64,000 nucleotides of DNA from Naegleria gruberi (taxonomy: Eukaryota): NCBI GenBank assembly GCA_000004985.1, contig GG738912.1; one strand, given 5' to 3'. The translations under genes and the position numbers were made by a program. The notes under the pieces are model-generated. The model saw nothing but the letters and a program-made list of their open reading frames with translations, did not search any database and was not told the DNA's origin. Numbering within the stretch: position 1 is the stretch's first letter; each line of letters starts with the position of its first letter. Positions 39,946 to 50,787 of this stretch are shown piece by piece.

Positions 39946-42587
39946 ATGGGAACATCAAACTCTAAACCAACCCTGCAAAACAAAGGTCACAAAAGGACAG
40001 CCTCGTTTGAAACTTACCCAACCACTACTCCGAAGAAGCCTAAAACCACAATTGATCTAAAAACTGTTAACAAATATGAAAATATTAAAGAAAGGGCAAA
40101 GCGATCATTGTATTCCATGGCAGACACCATTAGACTTCCATTCGTCAACAGAGAGCAATCGTGTGAAGCCTTAATGCTGAATCTGATACGACAAAAAACT
40201 TCAGTTCATGGAATGCTTCCAATTTTGAGTCAGCATTATGGAAGCGGAAAAACACGTCTTGTTCATGAGTTTCGTAAAGCACTACCAGAAAGAGGCGATT
40301 TATCATCGCTAAGATTAACTGAGTCTTCTAATATCGTTGCCAACAATTTAATGAAAGCAACTCTTGTAAATATGGACATGTCTAATGCTACATTGACAAC
40401 CTCCCTTGATAATGATCTGGATTTTCCTAATGGTGCTATTTCAGATCTATTCTTACAAGAAGTAGTTATTGCATTGAAGCATCTGTCATCAGAGAATAGT
40501 GATCCACTAATTTTAAAATCGTTAAGAATTCTCAACTGTATAAGTGTGCCAAATATTTATGACCTTAATAGAGAAGAATTAATCATTTATGATTGCTTAA
40601 TTAAGTGCACTAAGTGGGCCAGTTTTCTTCGTAAATATTCTCAATTTGAATTGTACCCTCTATTGATACTAATAGATGAAGCATCATATTTAGAATATCA
40701 CTACAAGGAAGGATATTCCTCCTTTGTAAACCTTTGGGAAAGTACTTTCAAAACAACAATGGGATCATACGGAGATAAAGTAAGAACACCTGGTATCTAC
40801 TTTATTGTTTGTGGAGTTTCCTCAAACTTAACCAAGTTGGGAAGAGGTTTACTAAAAGTTTCGAATAAGGTTATTTCGCCTACACCCGCTGTGCATATTA
40901 TATTGGATATGCTAAAAGTAGATCACATTACAGAAATGTTCCAGAAAGTGGTTGTAACAACAGATGGAAATAACATACGAGAGTTCACTGAAATATTTTG
41001 TAATATAGGAAAGAACTACGAGTACTTTTGTAAAGTGGTATTCATCTATACAATAGGATTGCCCAGATTGATCGAATATGTTGTCTTATCCTTACTCAAT
41101 TTTGTTAAACAAAATCATTCAATAGATTTCAGCAGTAGAGAGAGAATAGATGCTGTATTTGATAACTTTTTAATGAGAAAAGAACTAGCCCTTGTGAGAA
41201 ATGCAAAAGAGATTTGCCCATTCTATACCAACCCATTCAATGATGAGAAAATCGACAGACTTATAGCACTTTTTACGATGGGACTAATGGGATTTCCCGT
41301 ACCAATCGCTGATGAATATATTTCAGAGATTGATCTACTACATAATCTGAATGTGGCTGTTGAAACACCTACTGTTAACGATGATCGAGTATTCAAAATG
41401 TATATTCCCAAGTTCACTTTGATTAAGGCAATGAATGATAACAATATGAAACATATTTCAATACTTTCTTGCCTTCCTCAAAGATTTTATGATTACATAG
41501 ATAAAGGTGATTTACTCAAACAACTATTCCTTGACACAATTCTTACCCGTATATTATTTACTCTGAGGACTTCAGATTCGAACGAATGGGACAAAATTCA
41601 TTCGATATTTTCACTTCCAAAAATCTTGAAAAACAAACAGTTGGAACTGGATATGAACCTTCCTGTTAGATATCTCCCTAAAATTGTAAGCTCAGATAAT
41701 AAGAACACCCCTAAAGCTCTTTCTTTTTCTAAAAGACATCCCTGGTGTTTCAATATGAGTTACAAGTTTTGGAATGATCTTTATGGATTGCAAATGAATG
41801 GCGGCGTGATAGGTCATCCGGCTCCTAAATCCAAAAGTCCAGATTTTGTAATATCAGTTCCACCAAATTCTGCCATATCTATTGCATGCAAGAATTTTTC
41901 CTCCAAATTCTCATTAAGTATGTTACAAGATGAAATAGATAAGGCCAGTCTAGTGGAAAAGAACAATGTACTATTCATATTTTCTTCCCAACTGTGTGAA
42001 ACGTTATCAAATGCTTGCCTAGAACAAGGTTATATTCATCTGTATGAAGGAAAATGGAAATTTGATGATTATTTGCAATTTCATGAGTTGAAGAGCATTC
42101 CTAATCTAAAATATAGAGCAAAAGGCACCACCTATGTGGCAAACACCATTAATGTGTATCCGAAAATGGAAGTAATTATTTTAGGAGAGAAATTGTTTAA
42201 ATCTTTCTTTTTGGAGGATGAGCAATCACCTATGGATATTCATCTCAAATGATCTTCATAGAAGAGAAGTTACTTCCATATGCTGGTGGAAGTTATGAAA
42301 CAGCATCCAGTGTTACTGGAGGAGAAGGTCAACCACCACCACATCCAGTTACCATTCCAAGAATGCTTGGAAATGGCCCATCTCTACTAGATTTGAGATT
42401 GCCATCCAATGTACTGGAATATATACTCGAACTCTTGAGAACTAACTCAGGTCCAGGATCTGTACTAAACGAAAAGGTTGCACAATCTGAAAAGGATGAA
42501 AAGGAAGCCAAGGATTTTGATATCTTCAATCCTCATCATGATCATCATGATAAGAACGATGATGACTATGACTACAATCTAAATTAA
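39946..42587 (+). CDS. N-myristoylation-motif P-loop NTPase (Walker A GSGKT, Walker B LLILIDEA); likely about 880 aa once the frame is repaired
   Basis: MGTSNSK fits MGxxxS. ILSQHYGSGKTRLV is a Walker A motif and YPLLILIDEASYL is Walker-B-like. ORF 39946-42252 stops at AAATGA inside an A-run; adding one A reads …HLK-MIFIEEKLLPYAGG… through ORF 42249-42587. Confidence 0.6.
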
Positions 42588-43458
42588 GTTTTAGGTTCAT
42601 GTTCAAAAAGTTTTGTAAATAAAGTTGTGTGTAACTTTTTTAAACGGTGACCTGGTTTCCATTAATACTGTTGTGATCTTTCTAATGGATTGTAAAAGTA
42701 GTTGTTGAGGTTTTTTTTTCATCAAAGAACATCGAGTTCTGATCTGGATTTGAACAGAAAAGCTTGTAAAAAGTGGAAATTGTTTGTTAGCATAAAATAA
42801 TTCACAAAGCAAGATATTTTGATGAATTTTGCAATTCCATTTCACCCACACAAATTCAATCCAAACACAATTTCTTTCACCTTCTCCAATTCTCTATTGT
42901 TGATGCCCGTTTTGTTAATATTCCTAATAATCATTAATGCTGAACAAGAACAATAGAGAAGATTTTCCCGCCCAAGAATAACTTGCCTTAACAAAAAAAT
43001 GTTTAAAACTAACAATAAATATGTGAACAACAATCAGTTTTATTCATGTTATTAGGATCATTTCCCTTTTGTTCTTCATCATGTTCCTCATCATGTTTTT
43101 TACTCATACTCTCTTTATCAGATCCATTTTCACAACTTCCTTTTCATAACTGAATCTTCACTTGTTCAATTCTTGGAATCCAGATTCTTACATAATTTGA
43201 TATAATTTCTGTTAGCTCAACTGGTTCATATGTTATTGAAACACCGTCATTTGGTACTGATGTCCTCAGAAGAAAGAAGGGTTAAGGAACATGCTGCTCC
43301 ACAAAAGCTATGAATTAAAAACAACTATGTTTAATAAATTATTAATTCTTAATCAGGTTAATATTTTCCAATTTTGATGATTTTGATGGCAGAGATACTC
43401 ACCAGTGTTCAGAAATTGCAAATCATTATTAATAATAAATAGATTATTAATATTCTTT

Positions 43459-43580
43459 GTGGAAGAAAATATTTTAATTAATTATAATTAGTACCGAAGA
43501 ATTTTATTAAAAATTTACCTCCGAGTTTGATCATGTTGGTTAGAAATTGTGCAATCAAAAATTATATGATTACCAACATG
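43459..43580 (+). repeat. ~120-bp element, copy B, 375 bp upstream of the USP7 ATG
   Basis: About 75–80% identical to 39745-39860 over blocks in the same order and orientation. Confidence 0.6.
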
Positions 43581-43954
43581 TTAAAAGATCTCTCTTGTCA
43601 TTAATAATGTAAAATGTGGATTGATCACAACAAGTTGATGGTTCATCACCTCCAACAATCAGCACTGTGTGATGAAAGAACTAGCAAAATTGTATTTTTA
43701 GACCAGAATAAAAAATAAAAGAAAAAATTTTGTCGCTTGCCTTCTTCCATCATCAGGAGAGTGAAACGCGTCATCAAAAATTAAATTAGTTAATCTAAAT
43801 ACAAGTGGTTGTATATTGTTAAATTGCTACTTGTTTAGGTTACAGTAGATTATTATTATATATAGTGGTTATTTGTTTGGTTTTTAGGAAGCTAAATATT
43901 ATTATTTTACACCCGATCAAAGTATTGTTGTGAAGAGATAAATACCTAGTAACA

Positions 43955-46900
43955 ATGAAAATGACAGATGAATATGACCTTTCAGATAGTGATGATGAAA
44001 TGATGCAAGATACTGAGGAAGATAGAGGTTTCAGTGCTGAAGAAGAGAGAAAGCTTGCTTTAAGACAACAGGAATTGGATGAAGCAGCTCAATATTATGA
44101 ACCAATCGATGAATCAAAGGAAGGTGTCTATCATGTCAAATCATTTGATGCCAATACTGAAAAAGTGAGATGGAAGGCTGACTTTTCAAAAATGGCACAA
44201 AAGCAATATTCTCCAACATTTACTATTGCTGGAAATCATGAATTTAGATTACTTGTTTTCCCAAGAGGTAATCAAGTACCTTGCATCAGTCTTTATCTTG
44301 ATACCAATAACTCACAAGAAATCAAATTGGTTCGTTTCCAAGTTTCAATTTTGAATCAAAAGGATATCAGAGAGTCACACTCACAAGGTTTGTTTACATT
44401 ATCAATAATTAACTCATTTTGAATTTAGATGCTGAGAAAAGATATGGTCCAAATGATGTCGATTGGGGCTTTAAAGAATTTATTGAATTGAAAAAAGTCA
44501 ACCCAGATGTAGGATTCATATCTACTAGTGGAATTGTATATTTTGAAATGGTTATCCACATCTGTACTCAACCATATCTTATTGATCCAATTTCTTATGA
44601 TTCTAGAAAGGAGACAGGTTTTGCTGGCTTGCAAAATCAAGGTGCTACTTGCTATATGGTAAGTTTAAAAATTGATATAATTTTTATTAACATATTTGAT
44701 AGAATTCTCTTCTTCAAACATTGTATCTATTAACTTATTTCAGAAAATCGGTTTATAAAATGCCAATCGACGAAAATGAAAAGCCTCAAGATAGTATTCC
44801 ATTGGCATTGATGAGAGTTTTCTTTAGATTACAATTTGATAAAGGTGCTGTGGATACTAAGGAACTTACCAAATCATTTGGTTGGGATACTATAGATTCC
44901 TTTTTACAACATGACGTTCAAGAATTTGCTAGAGTTCTGATTGACAATTTGGAAAAGAAAATGGAAAAGACTGATCAAAAGGAAGTTATGAGACAAATTT
45001 TTGAAGGAATGTGTAAAAATTATATCAAATGTATCAATGTTGATTATGAATCATCTAGAAAGGAACCTTTTTATGATTTGCAACTCAACGTTAAGGGATG
45101 TAAAAATGTAGCTGAATCTTTTGATCAATATATTTTGGAAGAAACTTTGCAAGGAGAAAACCAATATCAAGCTGAAGGACACGGTTTGCAAGATGCTAAG
45201 AAGGGTACTAACTTTTTGAAATTACCACCAGTTTTAATGTTGCATTTGAAGAGATTTGAATATGATTATATCAGAGATTTAATCTACAAAATTAATGACA
45301 GATATGAATTCCCACTTGAAATTGATTTAGGAAAGTACCTAAGCGAAGATTCCGAGCAAAAGAAGGAAGATAATACCTATGTTTTATTCTCGGTTCTTGT
45401 ACATAGTGGTGATGTTTCTGGAGGTCACTATTACAACTTTGCTAGACCATACATTAATGAAGATAGGTGGTTCAAGTTTGATGATGAAAAAGTCTATGAG
45501 GTCAATGAAAGTCTCGCAGTTCAAGACAATTATGGTGGAGAAGCAAAGAAGAGTAAGATGTTTTGGTTGTCATCAAATCCTAACTCTGTCTACAAAAAGT
45601 TTACAAATGCTTACATGTTGCTTTATATTAGAAAATCTGCTATTTCTAACATGATTGCTCCAGTTGAAGTTGATGAAATTCCATCTCATTTGGAAGAAAG
45701 ATTCCAAAAGGATAGAGATGAAAGAGAAAGAAAAAAGAGAGAAAAACTTGAAGCAGCCAAGTATTGCAACATTAAGATTGTTACTGATGATGATATCAAA
45801 AAATCTGTTGAAAAGACTGGATCCGGTTTGGTTGAATTTGAAGATGTGGAACCTATCAAATTCTTAAGAGAAGGTACTTTTGCAGAATTGAAAGAGCAAA
45901 TTGAAACTCTTTATGGTATCAAGGCTGAACAACAAAGATTTTGGAAGTGGCAAAAGAGACAAAATCATACTCTCCGTCCAGATGCTATTATAAAACCAGC
46001 CGATGATGCTTCTACTATTGAGAGAAAGTATCCATATGTTAAGCATCAACAAGCTCCTCCTGTAGAATTATACCTTGAAGTGTCAAAACAAACTTACTCT
46101 TATCAAAAGGATGATGAGGAATGTGTTGTTCACTTCCCAGAACCAGCACAAAGATATATTCTCTTATTTATCAAGGAATATAATCCAGAGGAAAGAAAAT
46201 TGAACTTTGTTGGTACTGTATATGCTGATATGTTGAGTGAAGTCTCTGAAGTTATCCCATCCATTAAAGCCCTCATTGGTGCTGATGAAGATGATGATAT
46301 TCATATTGTTGAAGAAATCAAACCAAAGATGATTGATGATGTTAGAATTGATCAAAGCTTTAAGGATGCTCAACTCCAAAGTGGAGATATTCTTGCCGTT
46401 CAAAGAGTTCCAAAGGGAACTGACTTATCTAAATATCCAATTCCAACAGCAAAGAGTTATTACGACTATTTGAATAACCGTGTTTCTGTTGAAATTAGAA
46501 AATTGGAAGATCCTTTAAAGAATGTTGCAGTTGTCGAACTTTTGAAGAATATGGAATACAAGGAGCTTACTGACAAGCTAGGTTCTGCTCTTGAAGTTGA
46601 TGGAAATTTCCTTCGATTGACTGGTCACCATCCTTATAGTGAAGGACCTTTGGAGCAACCATTTAAGAGTAACTCAGGCTCTACTTTGAAGGATATGATC
46701 AACATTGGTCAAACCCCTCAAAAGATATTGTATTATGAAATTTTAGATGAACCAATATTTAATGTCGAAAATAAGAAAGAATTGATTGTGACATGGATGA
46801 ACTCTAAATGCCAAGATGTAGAAAAGTTCAAATTCCTTCTCTACCCTGACCAAAAGGTCAATGATTTGAAGCAATTGATTGAAGCCAAGGTCAATGGACG

Positions 46901-47429
46901 TAGAGAAATTGAGAACTCTACAATTGTTATTTCTCAAATTTCTAATTTCAAGATTAGCAAACTTTTAACGGGAGAAGAACTCATCAAAACTCTTGCTACC
47001 AACAAGGGAGAAACTATTCGTGCAGAAGAAATTCTAAATGAGGAGCTGTCTATTATCACTTCATCACATAATCTGACAGAAAACACACGTATCTTACAAG
47101 TTCAACATATTTGTAAGGAAACCACAGGTTATCGTTTGTTTGGTAATCCAAGCGTTCTTGTTGTCAAGACTGAAGAAACTTTAGGAGATGTCAAGAAGAG
47201 ACTCCAAGATAAATTGCAAGTCAGAGACATTGACTATAAGAGATACAAGTTCTACTTTATTGTAAACATGAAGATCAAGGATGCTTTGGAAGATGATTCT
47301 CTATTGTTCTGTGAATTATTCGACAAGGAAAAACAATCAACCAACGTTGATGTTGTACTTGCTTTGGAACACAAGGATCCAACACCAAAAGCCAGATGGT
47401 ATGAAAAGCCAATTGTTATCAAGAATTAA
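43955..47429 (+). CDS. USP7: ubiquitin carboxyl-terminal hydrolase 7 (HAUSP)-like: MATH domain + USP catalytic domain + UBL repeats; 3 exons
   Basis: Exon 1 (43955..44387) carries a MATH domain (YHVKSFDANTEKVRWKADF…FRLLVFPRG). Exon 2 (44429..44658) ends with the Cys box GLQNQGATCYM. Exon 3 (44703..47429) begins NSLLQTLYLLTYFRKSVYKMP and has the His box YVLFSVLVHSGDVSGGHYYNF; it aligns with human USP7 to the C-terminus. Introns are 41 and 44 nt (GTTTGT..TTTAG, GTAAGT..TGATAG). Confidence 0.9.
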
Positions 47430-47516
47430 ATAAATTATTATTCTCACAAGAGAGATTATCATTGGATGCTAGTAGAGTGTGGAAAATCCTGCAACTAGAA
47501 CTAAATGGAATTTCGT

Positions 47517-48188
47517 TTATGCAATAACTGTGATTGAGTAGCCACTTTCATATCTAAATGTAAATTTAGCTGGAATATAATCATTTCCAAGAACATGCCT
47601 CCAAAATTCGAAACGATTTGAAAAGCCAAGATCTTCCAAAAGTTTAGTAAAATCTGGAATGAATTTTGCAGTGTATGATCGATGAACAATAGCAGCTTGT
47701 TTGATAATTTCGAGATTGTATTTCAATTTGGTAGAAACTGCACTGAAATGTGCCCATCCAGTATTTTTCAGAACTAATAGTACAAGTTCTTTGTCATTTC
47801 GAATAGTTTCGTCTAAATGATAAAGAGCATGTCCATTCGTTTGTTGAATCATTTTCTTGGCAAATTCCTTGTTTTGTTTGAGTTGTTTTGGAACTGCTTG
47901 CATAATTCTCTTGTAAAATCGAAACGAAAGTAAACTAATCGCAAATAAAGTAATTTCCATATCAAGTTTGAAACATCTCGGAATTAGATAATAATAATAT
48001 GGATTATTTGGAGTTTCTTTTTGAATCTGATGAATAATTTCCACCTTTTGAATCGAATACTTTCTTGCACTTTCGTATTTAATTTGTAATTTTGTAAATA
48101 ATTTAATTTCCGAACAAGATTTTAAATTTTCACATTCATCTAATGATTGCAATACTAATTTAATATCCCCCTTTACTAAATTGCTCAT
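47517..48188 (-). CDS. hypothetical protein (223 aa)
   Basis: Single ORF; no confident domain. Confidence 0.45.
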   Translation of the reverse strand: MSNLVKGDIKLVLQSLDECENLKSCSEIKLFTKLQIKYESARKYSIQKVEIIHQIQKETPNNPYYYYLIPRCFKLDMEITLFAISLLSFRFYKRIMQAVPKQLKQNKEFAKKMIQQTNGHALYHLDETIRNDKELVLLVLKNTGWAHFSAVSTKLKYNLEIIKQAAIVHRSYTAKFIPDFTKLLEDLGFSNRFEFWRHVLGNDYIPAKFTFRYESGYSITVIA

Positions 48189-48266
48189 TTTTTTTAACAG
48201 TTTCTTTTGTAAAGTTTAAATTTCACTGCAAATTCAGATTTGAAAATTAGAAACAATTAAAAAAAA

Positions 48267-49179
48267 ATGAAACCAACAAAAAGTTATTCTAAAGTGATTC
48301 ATCCACTTCAAGAACAATTCGACATGATGTATTTGATATTTGAATTTATTGGAATCTCTCCGATCGTGGCTGTCGATTTGTCTCTTGTTTGTAAGGATTG
48401 GATGCAAGTTATTCGAAAGTTGCCAATTAGTTTAAATTTGTTTTATGCTTCAAGAAATTTAAATCTGGAAATGAGTGAAAAATTAGACGAATTGTTATTC
48501 TAACCTATTTAAGCTTGGCAAGAAATGACATTTCTCACAAAGGAGCTTCCTATATTTCGTCCAGTTTCAATTTATCCCAACTGAAACATCTCAATCTCAA
48601 TGGAAACCATATTTCAGATGAAGGAATATACGAAATTTCACAACTCGAAACTCTAACAAGTTTACATTTAAGTGGAAATCAAATTACCACCACAGGTATT
48701 ATCACCCTATCTCAAAGCCCCTTCTTAACCAATTTACAATCACTCAACTTGAGAAATCTAAAATCATGTCATGAGATCGAAAATTCACAAAACAAGTTTA
48801 CGAGAATTTTTATGGAGCTGAGGTTTGTGAAATAATTTCACAGAGTTTGAGTTTGAAGAATCTCACTCGTTTGGATTTGCTCGATGAAGCGATTACGCCA
48901 AAAGGAGTCAAATTGCTGACTGACAGCAATTCGAAACTTGACTATTTGAAGAATTATATTAGAAATGTTGAGATTTCGTATTATGAGAGGAAAGAACGTG
49001 GTAGAACAATTGGAGATTGTTCTTCAACCCTAATGTTGAAAGTTGAGTGTAAGGAATTCAATCCTCCAATTCGAATTGATTTTGTAGTTGGCCACTCTTT
49101 ATATCCCTTTAATGGAATAGAATATGAATTCATGATTCATGACTATCGACATTGCAGATGTTATTCTAAAATTTACTAA
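48267..49179 (+). CDS. F-box-like + leucine-rich-repeat (RNI-type) protein, split by two single-base frame breaks
   Basis: ORF 1 (F-box-like LIFEFIGISPIVAVDLSLVCKDWMQVI), ORF 2 (LNLNGNHISDEGIYEISQLETLTSLHLSGNQITTTG) and ORF 3 (SLKNLTRLDLLDEAITPKGVKLL) are in three different frames, all LRR-like. Adding one A in GAAAAATT (about 48480) and one base at about 48775 joins them. Confidence 0.5.
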
Positions 49180-49226
49180 ATAATTCATTAGTGATTATTT
49201 TGTTTGAAATCATTTACAAAAAATCT

Positions 49227-50678
49227 TTACAATAAATTTATCAAGAATACAAAAATCAAGACAAGCAATCCAATCACAGAATTCAAAGAAGAAGCTGCAC
49301 TTCTCTCTGGAAGAATAGGCAAAGCACTTGCAGAGTAAGCTTGCCAATCAACTCCTGCCAAATCTCCACTACTTGAAATTCCAGTTTTCTCCAAAGATTT
49401 CTTCATGCACGAATAATACCTACTATAGGCAACTTTACATTTGGTGAAGAGAGAGCTAGCTTGATCTGCAAATTGATTCTTATCCAGGCCATGATATACC
49501 CTTGTTCCACTAGTAACATCTATTCCCATATTGTAGAGACATGCTCTAATATCTGTGGCGGGTCCATCACATGGAGTGGTGCATTTTCCAAAGGTGTATG
49601 GGAGGGTTCCTTTACCTCCACAAGAACATGCTCCTAATTTACAGCCATCAGAGTTGCCACAAATATCATCATCTAGTTTTTCTTCACATCTTTTTGAGGT
49701 GGAGCAATAGGAGGTGTAGCATTCATCATTTTGTTTACAACTTCCACCCAATGGAGTTCCATAAATTCTTTGACATTTGTAATTGATACACTTAACGATA
49801 TTTGATTTAGAAAAGGCACAATCGCTGTCAATTACACAACTATCTCCATAGGAAGGAACATTTTGACAAGTGAAAGTTGGGTCACTTTGAGAAGTTTGGC
49901 GACAAACCAAATCATTATCACACAAATCAGTACCTGTAGTACTGCAAACACCACCTCTTGGAATTCTATCCATGCAAGTCCATTGCCCACTTCCTTTAGA
50001 TGTTTCTTTACATTGTAAACCATTTCCACATAAAGTGAATTGAGGTGCATCAGATTCTGCATTTCCACAGACTGCTCCCTTGCCAACCCTTACAATTGGC
50101 ACACATTTGCTAGGTTGGCCAGAAGTTACGTACTTGTAACATGTAGAACCCTCTTTACAACCATAAATTATCTTTGCATTGTTATCAACATAACAAGAGT
50201 CTCCATTGTTTCGTTTTTCAATCTTGAATTTTGAACACTTATTCTGAATACATTTAACACCAATGAAATTTGCTAAAAAATCATTCAGAGTTGTATATGT
50301 TGTTGTATCTTGTAAACATTGACCGTCAATTTCACAAGAATCACCCAAATATCTATATGCTTGATAACACTTTTGATTAAAGCAATTCAAGGATGGAAAG
50401 AGACAATTATAATTTCCATAACATGTGGTCACATTCATGAAAGATTGTACATATGTGTATGGAGAGCATTTGGAAGCAAAGTTTACAAAACCAGGAGGAC
50501 AGATTGAGCTATCTCCTTGGGTTGTTTCTGTTTCTGCTAAGAAAGCACTTGCACAGGATTGCTGGAAGGAATGGTTGATTTGTGGCCAACATGTTGATTG
50601 TTTTTTTTTGTGTCTGTGGTGGTTTTGACATGAACATGTCAATCGTGATTTAATGATGAATTTGGAAGTTACAGACAT
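49227..50678 (-). CDS. Cys-rich extracellular repeat protein with C-terminal hydrophobic GPI-anchor-like tail; 5' end uncertain
   Basis: Repeated GDSC…D.DC…C…KC modules (about 60 Cys). C-terminus …ERSAASSLNSVIGLLVLIFVFLINLL*. The first Met gives a non-hydrophobic N-terminus (an A9 run lies 60 nt downstream of the ATG), so the signal-peptide exon or start is unresolved. Confidence 0.55.
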   Translation of the reverse strand: MSVTSKFIIKSRLTCSCQNHHRHKKKQSTCWPQINHSFQQSCASAFLAETETTQGDSSICPPGFVNFASKCSPYTYVQSFMNVTTCYGNYNCLFPSLNCFNQKCYQAYRYLGDSCEIDGQCLQDTTTYTTLNDFLANFIGVKCIQNKCSKFKIEKRNNGDSCYVDNNAKIIYGCKEGSTCYKYVTSGQPSKCVPIVRVGKGAVCGNAESDAPQFTLCGNGLQCKETSKGSGQWTCMDRIPRGGVCSTTGTDLCDNDLVCRQTSQSDPTFTCQNVPSYGDSCVIDSDCAFSKSNIVKCINYKCQRIYGTPLGGSCKQNDECYTSYCSTSKRCEEKLDDDICGNSDGCKLGACSCGGKGTLPYTFGKCTTPCDGPATDIRACLYNMGIDVTSGTRVYHGLDKNQFADQASSLFTKCKVAYSRYYSCMKKSLEKTGISSSGDLAGVDWQAYSASALPILPERSAASSLNSVIGLLVLIFVFLINLL

Positions 50679-50787
50679 GAAAGATTTCCATTCATTGTAA
50701 TTTTCTCATAGAATTGATAATTGGTTGCCACAGTCAATCAAAATCTTTACAAAAGCAAGATCCTACTACTTTGTTTATTATGTACAA

